From: Bdellovibrionales bacterium | GTDB lineage: Bacteria > Bdellovibrionota > Bdellovibrionia > Bdellovibrionales > UBA1609 | NCBI GenBank assembly: GCA_965219095.1 | Contig: CBDCMT010000001.1 | Location: forward strand, 1,024,001-1,088,000 | Length of the DNA stretch: 64,000 nt | Direction: 5' to 3' | In this document: positions 18,122-27,896 of the stretch, piece after piece | How the letters are laid out: each line of letters starts with the position of its first letter | Numbering within the stretch: the first letter of the stretch is position 1 | The notes under the pieces: model-generated | What the model was told of the DNA's origin: nothing | Seen by the model: the letters and a program-made list of their open reading frames with translations, nothing else | The model's database searches: none | Program-made: the position numbers and the translations under genes

Positions 18122-19641
18122 GCCTCCTCAAAAGAATCTGTGGGTTCCCGGAGGTTCTGGCAGTTTTCCAAGGTTATGATATAAGGCGATTTTTATAGCT
18201 TTAGAGGTTCTAAAGCCGTAAGATTTTCTCATAGTGAGTTTTACTTTGTTGTTTAAACCCTCTACAATCCCTGAGGAGAAGGTTTTTTTAGCCTTGAAGT
18301 AATTAAGAATAAGTAGCTTATGTCTTCGTATGGTTTTTGCTTCTCTTTTCATAGGTTCAATTTTTGAAAGCATGACTCGTTTCGTCCAACTGTCTATAAA
18401 TTTACCAGCCCAAGTTGGTGAAACATAGGTCCATAACTGTCGGAAGTCTTCTTTTAAAAAATAACAGCGGATACTTTTTAAATTGTACTGTATTAAATGC
18501 CTTAATTTTACTTTTTCATAAGATTTTAAATTTTCTGCATTTTTTAACAAGGGCCATCTAGCTTTTGTTAAAAGGGGTTCATACCCGTCTTCTTTCATTT
18601 TTTTGTGTTCTGAAGCTCTCACTTCATCTAAAGCCTTATTGAGTCTTGCTACGATATGAAACCGATCTAATATATTCAAAGCTTGACTTGCCCTTTCCTT
18701 TATTACTTTTAAATAGGGCTTCCACATATCAGAACACACAAACTGTATATCTTTTGACTTCTCTCCTAGTAAATCAAAGAATTTTCTAAAACTCTTTTCT
18801 GTTCTTTTTTCTCCTATCCATAGCAAACGAACACTTTCTTTGCTTATTTCATAGACTAAGGTGAGATACTGATGGTTCTTTTTCCATTGTATTTCATCTA
18901 CACCTATAGCTTGTATTCCCTTTAAAACCCTTTGTTTTAAACCATATTCTACGACCCATTCTACCGAAGCATAGACCTGATTCCAACTGACATGAAACTT
19001 ACAAGAAACCTCTTTCCAAGACAGGTGACGACACCAGTCAGCTAAGTACTTCATGTAAAAAATTGTTAGGTTTTTCTTCCCATCTGCCCAAGGTAAATAC
19101 TCAACTTTTACTCCACAGCAAGAACAATTAACTCTTCTTACAAAATAAACAAAAAACACCCTGTAACTTAAAATAGGAAGGGATTCAAAGTCCCGTGATG
19201 ATTTACTGCTGTCATACACTGAACAGGGCTTCTTACAAACACTACAAAAAGCTTGGCCATTTTTACGAGCCTTAATAGGAACATTAATTGACTTTCTATC
19301 TTTTGAAAAATAAATGTCTCCGTATACAAAAGACTTCCATCTTAAACAATCATTTAGTATAGTCTTCAAAAGCATCTCTTCCCTCCTTTTTTTTTTTTTT
19401 GAATAACATTTTAAGGCATCTGGGAAGTAGGTGCTTCTTTTTTAAAATTTTAATGTAACACAGCAAATAAAAGCAAATAAAATGAATGTTTTTGAGTTCA
19501 ATCACCGGAGGTGATAGAGGCCAGTAAGGGCCTCAAAGAACTCAAAAATACAAGATAGAATGTCTTACTCTTACTTTGATTAATATGAGCTCTTTTGGGG
19601 GATTTCTACTACTTTTCACCCACAGATTCCCGGGAGGAGCC
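18122..19641 (-). mobile_element. ISL3-family element (copy 1)
   Basis: Imperfect TIRs ggctcctcccgggaatctgtggg / gcctcctcaaaagaatctgtggg; 8-bp TSD aaaatatc at 18114-18121 and 19642-19649. Confidence 0.93.
18128..19375 (-). CDS. ISL3-family transposase
   Basis: Zn finger CxxC..CxxC, IGVDE, CSDMWKPY, LDRFH, VEGLNNKVK..RKSYGFR. Confidence 0.95.
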   Translation of the reverse strand: MLLKTILNDCLRWKSFVYGDIYFSKDRKSINVPIKARKNGQAFCSVCKKPCSVYDSSKSSRDFESLPILSYRVFFVYFVRRVNCSCCGVKVEYLPWADGKKNLTIFYMKYLADWCRHLSWKEVSCKFHVSWNQVYASVEWVVEYGLKQRVLKGIQAIGVDEIQWKKNHQYLTLVYEISKESVRLLWIGEKRTEKSFRKFFDLLGEKSKDIQFVCSDMWKPYLKVIKERASQALNILDRFHIVARLNKALDEVRASEHKKMKEDGYEPLLTKARWPLLKNAENLKSYEKVKLRHLIQYNLKSIRCYFLKEDFRQLWTYVSPTWAGKFIDSWTKRVMLSKIEPMKREAKTIRRHKLLILNYFKAKKTFSSGIVEGLNNKVKLTMRKSYGFRTSKAIKIALYHNLGKLPEPPGTHRFF

Positions 19642-20519
19642 AAAATATCAATCTTTTTACGCTTTTCAAGGCTTTTTACCTCTGCTGTCTTTAAAAACAT
19701 CCCACACTGAGAACACTCTGAGGGAGAGACAGTCTCCTCGCTGTTTTGTATCTTTACTGATAAGCCTAGAGCCCTTTTTTTGACTCTCCCTAGCCTTCTT
19801 ATTACGATTCCCTTGACGACTAAAATCTTGCGAAGGAGGAAGACCGCTGTTGCTGGAATTTTTTCGAACCTGTTTTTCTAAAAGCACAACAATCAGAATG
19901 TTCACAACCTTAAAGAGAGATTCAACAATCACAGAAATCTCAGTAGGCACAGAACCTTTCTTTGCAAACTTATCAAAGTCACTTCTTATATTTTCAATCT
20001 CATTTCTGATGGAGGTCTTATTTATTGTCATTTGAAAAAAGTATTTAAAAGAAAATCTGTAAGAGCAAGACTTTTATCTTAAAACAGGTCTAAAGTTAGG
20101 GATAACTGAACAATGTAGGTGAGCAGTTACCTGTTTTTTTCTGAGCTTACTTTAGCTAAAGTTCAAAGGCTTTCCAGTCAGTTTGTTAATTTATCAAAGC
20201 CTTTGAAGGTTTATGTTCATCCTGGAAGAGTGAGTCTTTTAGAGTTTCCTTGTCATATTGAAAAAACAGTTATGGGTTCATCTTCTGATCTAAAAGTTCA
20301 TATAGTAGAAAAGTATCCTAAACAGATTTTTTTATGGTTAAAAAATTACAAAGCTCAATCAACCAATCTTATTATCAACTGTGAGAAAAAAGTTTTTATC
20401 ATAGATATTTTAGCTTCTCATACTAACCACCAGGACTATGTTAAAATTTTATCTAGTTTTGAAGTCCCTAAGATAAAAGCAAAGAAGATTGACGGATCAA
20501 GAATGAAAGGACGTTCAAA

Positions 20520-21227
20520 GTGAGGTGGTTTTTCTTTTTAGTTGTTTTTCATCATTATGTTTTAGCTTTTCAAGGGGTGAAAGTGAAAATTTCCCCTTTG
20601 CCCCAAGAAAAAAGAAGGAAAATTCGCTCTCTAGAAGATTTGCCCTCTCGTAAAAACATGAGGGGAAATCTTTCAAGAGAGCTTTTAAGACATTCTTCAA
20701 AGCTGACTCAAGGTGAGGTCATTTATGTGAAAGAAACAATTCCTCGGTTAGGTGATGTTTTATCTCTTAAAATCTCTTTTGACCTTTTCACTTCGTCCTT
20801 ATTCTCGCAACCTGTCGTAGCTCAAGTGATAGGGGGAAAGTTTCAAGGCTCAAGACTTGTAGGAAAAGCAACTCTTAATACCTCTACAAAACAAGTTCTT
20901 ATTGTTTTTGAAAAAATGAAGCTTTTTAACTCAGAAAAAGAGATAAGTCTAAAGGCTCAAGTTTTTTTCAAGGATAAAAAATTTGATATGAGAAAAGTTC
21001 AGCACAGAGACTCTCAGGAGATCTTAAATTATCTTTTAGAAAGAGCCTCTTATCTTCTTAAAGAAGAGAATAAAACTCTTTCAGAAAGTCTTTTAGAGGC
21101 TAAAAACTTTCAAAGTTATTTAAAAACTGTAATAAAAAAAGGAGGTTACCTTGTTTATCTCAAAGCCCCTCTTTTTGTAAAAGCTGTTGTGCTGAAAACT
21201 CATCAAACGAAAGGAGAAAATAAGTGA
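20520..21227 (+). CDS. VirB10/TrbI/TraB-like protein
   Basis: Signal peptide; PVVAQV..G.FQGSRLVGKA...VLIVFEKM beta pattern; follows TraK. Confidence 0.55.
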   Translation: MRWFFFLVVFHHYVLAFQGVKVKISPLPQEKRRKIRSLEDLPSRKNMRGNLSRELLRHSSKLTQGEVIYVKETIPRLGDVLSLKISFDLFTSSLFSQPVVAQVIGGKFQGSRLVGKATLNTSTKQVLIVFEKMKLFNSEKEISLKAQVFFKDKKFDMRKVQHRDSQEILNYLLERASYLLKEENKTLSESLLEAKNFQSYLKTVIKKGGYLVYLKAPLFVKAVVLKTHQTKGENK

Positions 21228-21499
21228 AAACTATCAAAATCAAAGTTAAAGAAAATCAATTTGAAAGAATAAAACAGTTAAAACTTAAGCTCAAAAAAAG
21301 AGGTTTGTCTAAAGAAGGTTTAAGCCTTGTTTTCAGCCTTATTTTTCAAAAAGCCCTAGACAAGCTAGGTGATGAGTTTTTTAGAGAGGTTTTAAATGAA
21401 CTGACCCCTATTAGTTATAAGATAGAGTGTCTTTCCCAAAATGAAGACAACAAACGTAAACTTTTAGATATGGTTGAACAAATGGAGAAAGAATTATGA
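21224..21499 (+). CDS. Small hypothetical protein, possibly a ribbon-helix-helix relaxosome accessory factor
   Basis: MKTIKIKV beta-ribbon start followed by helices; precedes the relaxase. Confidence 0.45.
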   Translation: MKTIKIKVKENQFERIKQLKLKLKKRGLSKEGLSLVFSLIFQKALDKLGDEFFREVLNELTPISYKIECLSQNEDNKRKLLDMVEQMEKEL

Positions 21500-22233
21500 A
21501 AAAAAACATATCTCTTCAAAAAAGAGATATAGAGATTATAGAGTTTTTAGAAGCTCAAAGGTTTGCCACATTAAAGCAAATTAGAAATCTCTTTTTTTCT
21601 TCTTCCAGCTCTTGTTATAAACGACTCTCTTATCTTCTTAACCAAGGCTTTGTTTCTTCTTTTTCAGTCAAAGACATTTTAAGACATTCTTTTAGAAAGA
21701 GAAGTCTTGTCAATTTAAAAAAAATAGGAGTTCAAAATAACATCAAAATCTACACCCCTAAAAATAGGAAAAAAAAGCTTATGTTTGACAAGTTTCTCTT
21801 ACATCAGCTTATTGTCAACGAAGTAGCTCTGAAGTTAAAAGAGGAGTTTTCCAGTCTTTTCATCTTGTTTGAAAAGGATTTTTATAAGTTTTCTTCTTAT
21901 TACTTAAAATCATTAAGAAAACTCAGGCCTGATTTTAGCTTAGAGGGTGAAGGCATGAAGATTGCTGTAGAGGTAGAAACAAGCCTCAAGTCAAAGAGAA
22001 GGTATTTTGAAAAAATCCATGAATATAAGCACTCTATCTATACTCATGTGCTTTATATTTATCTTACTGAACATCATAGGTGCTTTTTACAGGAAATTTT
22101 AAGACGAGCTTATTTCATAGCTCTTGCTAAACATTCAAACCCTATGAAAGTAGAAAATTATTTTTTTGGATATTTGCCTTTAAAAGATTGGATCAAAAAA
22201 ACAAATGAAAGGAGAAAGAATGAAAAAAAATGA
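21496..22233 (+). CDS. Replication-relaxation (Replic_Relax / MOBC-like) protein
   Basis: N-terminal wHTH RDIEII..L..QRFAT..QI; H.L..NEV; RPDF...IAVEVETSLKSKRRY PD-(D/E)xK motif. Confidence 0.75.
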   Translation: MKKNISLQKRDIEIIEFLEAQRFATLKQIRNLFFSSSSSCYKRLSYLLNQGFVSSFSVKDILRHSFRKRSLVNLKKIGVQNNIKIYTPKNRKKKLMFDKFLLHQLIVNEVALKLKEEFSSLFILFEKDFYKFSSYYLKSLRKLRPDFSLEGEGMKIAVEVETSLKSKRRYFEKIHEYKHSIYTHVLYIYLTEHHRCFLQEILRRAYFIALAKHSNPMKVENYFFGYLPLKDWIKKTNERRKNEKK

Positions 22234-23092
22234 AGATTTTGATGTAGAAAAAAGTTTCAATATACTTTTTATGATTTTCTTTTTAGGGGGAGTGGTTGCA
22301 CATAAAGAGATTAAAAAAGCTCCTTATGCTTCTAAAAGGCTTGCGAAAAACTATAAATTTATAATTTGTATTTTTATTGGCCTTGTCATTTTAGAGACTC
22401 TTTTTCATTTATTTGTTTTAGACCTTTTGTTTTTCTGGTTAGCACAGCTTTTTGTATTTTGGATCTTTCAGGCTTTTTTACTTTTTATAACTTGTAATTT
22501 TTGGCTTAAGGATGAGAACATAAAATCCAAAAAACGCATTACAGTGGATCATTTGGAGGGAGAAGAAGTTGATTTCAAAACTTTTGAGAAGGCTCTTGAG
22601 TCTAAAGACTCAGCTCCTATAGGAGCCAATTTTGTCAAAAAAGAGCTTGTAAGTTTACCTGTCAGTTCTAGAACAGAACATTTACTTGTTACAGGAGCGA
22701 CAGGCACAGGAAAAACAACCTTGATGATGAATTTACTGAGGCACAGTTTTTTGCATAAACACCCTCTTGTGATCCTTGATCCTAAGGGGGAAATAAAGGA
22801 CATAGAGATGATAAAATTCCTTTTTTGTGAGTTAGGAAGAAAAGAGGAAGACTTTAAGCTTTTTTCTCTTGCACAGCCTGAAAAGAGCTTGTCCTACGAT
22901 CCTTTGAAGTATGGAACAAGTGAACAAGTGAGGTCGAAACTGATGCTTGGCCTTAGTTTTACTCATGATTATTATGCTTCACAAGCCAGTCAGTATCTTT
23001 CTATCTTGCTTTCTTGTTTTGAAGCTCTAAAAAAGAAAATGAATCTTAAAGAATTAAAAGGCTCCTCCCGGGAATCTGTGGGTGAAAAGTAG
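22205..23092 (+). pseudogene. Type IV coupling protein (VirD4/TraD-like), C-terminally truncated by ISL3
   Basis: N-terminal TMs, HLLVTGATGTGKT, ILDPKG, YDPL; frame runs into ISL3 at 23060. Confidence 0.82.
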
Positions 23093-24580
23093 TAGAAATC
23101 CCCCAAAAAGGCTCATATTAATCAAAGTAAGAGTAAGACATCCTATCTTGTATTTTTGAGTTCTTTGAGGCCCTTACTGGCCTCTATCACCTCCGGTGAT
23201 TGAACTCAAAAACATTCATTTTATTTGCTTTTATTTGCTGTGTTACATTAAAATTTTAAAAAAGAAGCACCTACTTCCCAGATGCCTTAAAATGTTATTC
23301 AAAAAAAAAAAAAAAGGAGGGAAGAGATGCTTTTGAAGACTATACTAAATGATTGTTTAAGATGGAAGTCTTTTGTGTACGAAGACATTTATTTTTCAAA
23401 AGATAGAAAGTCAATTAATGTTCCTATTAAGGCTCGTAAAAATGGCCAAGCTTTTTGTAGTGTTTGTAAGAAGCCCTGTTCAGTGTATGACAGCAGTAAA
23501 TCATCACGGGACTTTGAATCCCTTCCTATTTTAAGTTACAGGGTGTTTTTTGTTTATTTTGTAAGAAGAGTTAATTGTTCTTGCTGTGGAGTAAAAGTTG
23601 AGTATTTACCTTGGGCAGATGGGAAGAAAAACCTAACAATTTTTTACATGAAGTACTTAGCTGACTGGTGTCGTCACCTGTCTTGGAAAGAGGTTTCTTG
23701 TAAGTTTCAGGTCAGTTGGAATCAGGTCTATGCTTCGGTAGAATGGGTCGTAGAATATGGTTTAAAACAAAGGGTTTTAAAGGGAATACAAGCTATAGGT
23801 GTAGATGAAATACAATGGAAAAAGAACCATCAGTATCTCACCTTAGTCTATGAAATAAGCAAAGAAAGTGTTCGTTTGCTATGGATAGGAGAAAAAAGAA
23901 CAGAGGAGAGTTTCAACAAGTTTTTTGATTTACTAGGAGAGAAGTCAAAAGATATACAGTTTGTGTGTTCTGATATGTGGAAGCCCTATTTAAAAGTAAT
24001 AAAGGAAAGGGCAAGTCAAGCTTTGAATATATTAGATCGGTTTCATATCGTAGCAAGACTCAATAAGGCTTTAGACGAAGTGAGAGCTTCAGAACACAAA
24101 AAAATGAAAGAAGACGGGTATGAACCCCTTTTAACAAAAGCTAGATGGCCCTTGTTAAAAAATGCAGAAAATTTAAAATCTTATGAAAAAGTAAAATTAA
24201 GGCATTTAATACAGTACAATTTAAAAAGTATCCGCTGTTATTTTTTAAAAGAAGACTTCCGACAGTTATGGACCTATGTTTCACCAACTTGGTCTGGTAA
24301 ATTTATAGACAGTTGGACGAGACGAGTCATGCTTTCAAAAATTGAACCTATGAAAAGAGAAGCAAAAACCATACGAAGACATAAGCTACTTATTCTTAAT
24401 TACTTCAAGGCTAAAAAAACCTTCTCCTCAGGGATTGTAGAGGGTTTAAACAACAAAGTAAAACTCACTATGAGAAAATCTTACGGCTTTAGAACCTCTA
24501 AAGCTATAAAAATCGCCTTATATCATAACCTTGGAAAACTGCCAGAACCTCCGGGAACCCACAGATTCTTTTGAGGAGGC
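23060..24580 (+). mobile_element. ISL3-family element (copy 2), no TSD
   Basis: Near-identical to 18122-19641; flanks aattaaaa and gttttttt do not match. Confidence 0.92.
23327..24574 (+). CDS. ISL3-family transposase
   Basis: Differs from 18128-19375 by a few residues. Confidence 0.95.
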   Translation: MLLKTILNDCLRWKSFVYEDIYFSKDRKSINVPIKARKNGQAFCSVCKKPCSVYDSSKSSRDFESLPILSYRVFFVYFVRRVNCSCCGVKVEYLPWADGKKNLTIFYMKYLADWCRHLSWKEVSCKFQVSWNQVYASVEWVVEYGLKQRVLKGIQAIGVDEIQWKKNHQYLTLVYEISKESVRLLWIGEKRTEESFNKFFDLLGEKSKDIQFVCSDMWKPYLKVIKERASQALNILDRFHIVARLNKALDEVRASEHKKMKEDGYEPLLTKARWPLLKNAENLKSYEKVKLRHLIQYNLKSIRCYFLKEDFRQLWTYVSPTWSGKFIDSWTRRVMLSKIEPMKREAKTIRRHKLLILNYFKAKKTFSSGIVEGLNNKVKLTMRKSYGFRTSKAIKIALYHNLGKLPEPPGTHRFF

Positions 24581-24668
24581 GTTTTTTTAATGAGGCTTTT
24601 GTTTTTTTTCCGAACAGCTTTTTCGCATTTTTTAGGAAGACATAGATTGCTGTCAACAGTTACTTCTA

Positions 24669-25028
24669 TTAAACCCTTAGAGCATTTATATGAGTATGTT
24701 GAGTATGCTTTTTTCCAACCCTTTCTCTCTTACGTGTTTCTATCCGGCTCTCTATCTTTGTTTTATCTTTAGAAACACAAAGAAATCTTGCACTCGAAAA
24801 AGTTGAAGGACATGCTTTCTGCCTAAAGCCTGTGCCTATTATTTCCCATGGTTTAGGAACAATTTGTACTTCACATCTAGAACATATACTTCCCCTCTGA
24901 AGTATTGTATATTCCTTAGTTTGATGATTAATAGCTATTACATCTTGGGCTTTTATTCCTAAAACCTCTTTAGTAGCACAGCTAAAAATAAAAAAACTAA
25001 TAACTACAGCTATTTTTTTACAACTCAT
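24669..25028 (-). CDS. Hypothetical Cys-containing lipoprotein
   Basis: Lipobox IFSC; CSRC and further Cys residues. Confidence 0.55.
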   Translation of the reverse strand: MSCKKIAVVISFFIFSCATKEVLGIKAQDVIAINHQTKEYTILQRGSICSRCEVQIVPKPWEIIGTGFRQKACPSTFSSARFLCVSKDKTKIESRIETRKRERVGKKHTQHTHINALRV

Positions 25029-25201
25029 AGCTTAACTATAGAGATTGAAGCAATAAAAAACAATCTTTTTGGCTTTCTTGCTAAAGACAAATCTTTTGAG
25101 CAAAGCAATTGCCACGAAGCATTATTTTTCTTAGAGTCTTGAGACTTCTAAGAAGAAAATAGAAAATAGAAAGTAGAAAGTAGAGAATTGTAAGGAGGTT
25201 T

Positions 25202-26191
25202 ATGGTTTTGGATTTTACAGAAAAAAACAAAGCGATTTCAGAAGATTGTCAATTAGCAAGAAATGTGATTAAGGAAGTCTCTAAAGTGATCGTTGGTCAA
25301 AAGTCTATGGTGGAAGGTCTTATGATAGGTTTGTTAACTAATGGACATATTTTGCTTGAGGGTTTACCGGGTTTAGCTAAGACTTTGACCATTTCTACTT
25401 TAGCCAAAGTGACTTCCCTTAATTTTCAGAGGATTCAGTTCACGCCTGACCTTTTACCAACAGATTTGATTGGGACTATGGTATTTCATCCTAAGACAGG
25501 TGATTTTTATCCTAAAAAGGGGCCTATTTTTTCTCATATTGTTTTAGCTGATGAGATCAATAGAGCAGCAGCGAAAGTACAAAGTGCTTTGTTAGAAGCC
25601 ATGGCAGAAAAGCAGGTAACTATTGGAGAGGTCTCCTATGAGTTGGAAAGGCCCTTTTTAGTTTTAGCTACGCAAAATCCTATTGAACAAGAAGGTACTT
25701 ACCCTCTTCCAGAAGCTCAGATGGATCGTTTCATGATGAAAGTAGTTGTGGCTTATCCTAACAGAAAAGAAGAGCTTGAAATTTTGAAGTCTATGGTTGT
25801 TGAGGAGGAAAAGAAAGTGAACGTGGTGATGGGTAGGGAGGATGTGTTTCGCCTTAAAAAGACCGTTGAGTCTGTTTATGTAGACGAAAAGCTCAACACT
25901 TACATTGTGGATCTTGTTTTAGCGACAAGAGAACCTGAAAAGTATGGGCTTAGCCGCTTGAAGCCTTTTATCAATGTGGGAGGTTCTCCTCGTGCTACCA
26001 TCAACCTTTCTCGAGCAGCTAAGGCTTATGCTTTTTTAAATCAAAGAGCTTACGTGACAGCAGAAGACATAAAAGCCATTTTGTGTGAAGTTTTAGGACA
26101 TCGTTTGGTTTTAAGTTATGAAGCAGAGGCTGAGGGTGTTACTGACTACGAAATTATTAAAGAGTTAGTCCAGCAAGTTGAGGTACCTTAG
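25202..26191 (+). CDS. moxR: MoxR-family AAA+ ATPase
   Basis: GLPGLAKT, RIQFTPDLLP, LADEINRA, ATQNPIEQEGTYPLPEAQ.DRF. Confidence 0.95.
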   Translation: MVLDFTEKNKAISEDCQLARNVIKEVSKVIVGQKSMVEGLMIGLLTNGHILLEGLPGLAKTLTISTLAKVTSLNFQRIQFTPDLLPTDLIGTMVFHPKTGDFYPKKGPIFSHIVLADEINRAAAKVQSALLEAMAEKQVTIGEVSYELERPFLVLATQNPIEQEGTYPLPEAQMDRFMMKVVVAYPNRKEELEILKSMVVEEEKKVNVVMGREDVFRLKKTVESVYVDEKLNTYIVDLVLATREPEKYGLSRLKPFINVGGSPRATINLSRAAKAYAFLNQRAYVTAEDIKAILCEVLGHRLVLSYEAEAEGVTDYEIIKELVQQVEVP

Positions 26192-27078
26192 TGGGTGAGG
26201 GCAAATTTGATCGTGATCTGATTCAAAAGGCCAAAAAGATTGAAGTTTACGCTAGAAAAAAAATTACAGACACTTTCTTAGCTGATTATCAATCTGTGTT
26301 TAGGGGCCAGGGAATGAGTTTTAGAGACTTTAGGGAGTACTCTCCTGGAGATGACATTAGAAACATCTCTTGGCCTTTAACAGCTCGTACGGGAAAGCCT
26401 TTTATTAAAACATTTGAAGAGGATAGGGAGCAGACCCTTATGTTTGTTGTGGATGTGAGTGGTTCTCAGTTTTTTGGGACCAAAAACAAAATGAAGTTTG
26501 ATTCTATTTGTCAATTTGTTGCTCTTATTGGTTTTGCAGGAGTGTTTCATCGCAACAATGTAGGACTTTGCCTTTTTAGCGATAAAGTAGAACATTTAGT
26601 CCCGCCTAAAAGAACGGTCCATCAGGTACAAAGGTTTTTATTGGATCTTTATTCCTATGAGTTCTCCCATAAGAAAACATCTCTTGTGTCTGTTTTAGGG
26701 TATTTAAGAAACTATTTGAAAAAAAAGACTTATGTGATCTTATGTAGTGATTTTATGGATCGAGATTTTGAAAAGGATTTAAAGCTTTTAGGGACAAAGC
26801 ATTCTGTTTTAAGCGTTTTTGTAGAAGATGAGGGAGAGGTTAACCTCCCTTATCTAGGACTTGTGGATTTTGAAGATCGAGAAACAGGTGAGATTTATAC
26901 TGTAGATACATCTTCTCCTTTTTTTAGAAAAGATTATAAAAAAGCCTTTTTAAAAAAAAGTTTTGAGAGGCTTGAAGCTCTTAAAAAATCTCACTGTGAT
27001 GTTTTAAAGCTTTCTACAAAAGATGATATTTTTAAAACAGTGAATCATTTTTTTCAGAAAAGGAGATCTTCGCATTGA
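26191..27078 (+). CDS. DUF58 domain protein
   Basis: G.GMSF..FREY.PGDDIRNISW..TAR, VDVSGS, CSDF. Confidence 0.9.
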   Translation: MGEGKFDRDLIQKAKKIEVYARKKITDTFLADYQSVFRGQGMSFRDFREYSPGDDIRNISWPLTARTGKPFIKTFEEDREQTLMFVVDVSGSQFFGTKNKMKFDSICQFVALIGFAGVFHRNNVGLCLFSDKVEHLVPPKRTVHQVQRFLLDLYSYEFSHKKTSLVSVLGYLRNYLKKKTYVILCSDFMDRDFEKDLKLLGTKHSVLSVFVEDEGEVNLPYLGLVDFEDRETGEIYTVDTSSPFFRKDYKKAFLKKSFERLEALKKSHCDVLKLSTKDDIFKTVNHFFQKRRSSH

Positions 27079-27896
27079 GTTTATGGAAATGTGAAATCAA
27101 ACCTCTTAAAAAGCCTTTGGATCAGTTAAGAGTAGGAGATAAATTTGATCTCCTTTGTTCTAACTCTGAAGGGTTTAAAAAGAAATTTGTAAAAAAGCCT
27201 TATGTTGTATTTAAGAATAAAAAAAAAGAGTTTGCTTTGCATTTGTTAGAGACAAAGCTGGATGATCATCAGAAAGCTCATTTTGAAGCTACAAGCTATA
27301 GGGCTGAAGCTCATAAAGATCTTAAATTTCAAATTACCGATGGAGAGGTTTTTTTTAACTCTCGCCTTACGTTCCAAGTCAAAAGTGTTCTTAAGCCTGA
27401 TTCTCAAATGATAGGCCCTGTAGGTCCTCTGAAAATGTCTTACGCACCTTATTTGTGGTGGGGGCTTGGTTTTATGAGTTTTGTGATTTTTGCATACATC
27501 TGTTATTTTTTTTACAGAAAGTTCAAATGGAAAAAATCTTTAGAAGACATTCAGTTTGGAAAAGAAAGAGCCTATAAGGATTTTTATAAAAAGACAAGAA
27601 AACTTTTAAAAGAACGCAAAGAAGAAAACAACAATTTCAAAGAACTTCAAAAAGAGTTCAAAGTTTTTTTAGCCTGTTGTTTTCGTATGCCTTTTCATAA
27701 AGATATTTGGAATTTATCCCATTTAAAAAGAAAACTTTATAGGAGAAATAAAAGTTATTATCAAACCAATAGTTTAGAGCTTTTTCAGCTTTTGTCGGAG
27801 CTTTCTTATGAGGGAGACTGCTCCTACGATGCTTTCTCAAATATGGTGTACCGATGTTATCATGTTTCAGAGAAGATTTTAAAGGACTGGAAATGA
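27075..27896 (+). CDS. Single-TM hypothetical protein of the MoxR/Bat operon
   Basis: One central TM; overlaps both neighbours. Confidence 0.65.
   Translation: MSLWKCEIKPLKKPLDQLRVGDKFDLLCSNSEGFKKKFVKKPYVVFKNKKKEFALHLLETKLDDHQKAHFEATSYRAEAHKDLKFQITDGEVFFNSRLTFQVKSVLKPDSQMIGPVGPLKMSYAPYLWWGLGFMSFVIFAYICYFFYRKFKWKKSLEDIQFGKERAYKDFYKKTRKLLKERKEENNNFKELQKEFKVFLACCFRMPFHKDIWNLSHLKRKLYRRNKSYYQTNSLELFQLLSELSYEGDCSYDAFSNMVYRCYHVSEKILKDWK

Larger units (their letters stand above)
17081..20031 (-). pseudogene. IS66 transposase fragments (17081-17335, 17275-17925, 19666-20031)
   Basis: HVDET, LVHDCW, LCVAHLLREL, PTNNRAERDLR; extra indels near 17330 and 19760 relative to copy 2. Confidence 0.9.
17073..20130 (-). 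mobile_element. IS66-family element (copy 1), degenerate, carrying a nested ISL3
   Basis: Termini gtaactgctcac/gtgagcagttac; 8-bp TSD ctgttttt at 17065-17072 and 20131-20138. Confidence 0.93.
17032..20523 (+). pseudogene. TraK/VirB9-like protein interrupted by IS66
   Basis: Removing 17073-20138 restores MMFKFYSILVLLFFSELTLAKVQ...VYVHPGRVSLLEFP...STNLII. Confidence 0.75.
10709..23059 (+). mobile_element. Decayed conjugative (ICE/plasmid-derived) T4SS transfer region
   Basis: Co-oriented, overlapping genes for pilin, VirB3, VirB4, VirB6, TraE, TraK, VirB10, relaxase and T4CP; no integrase in window. Confidence 0.8.
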
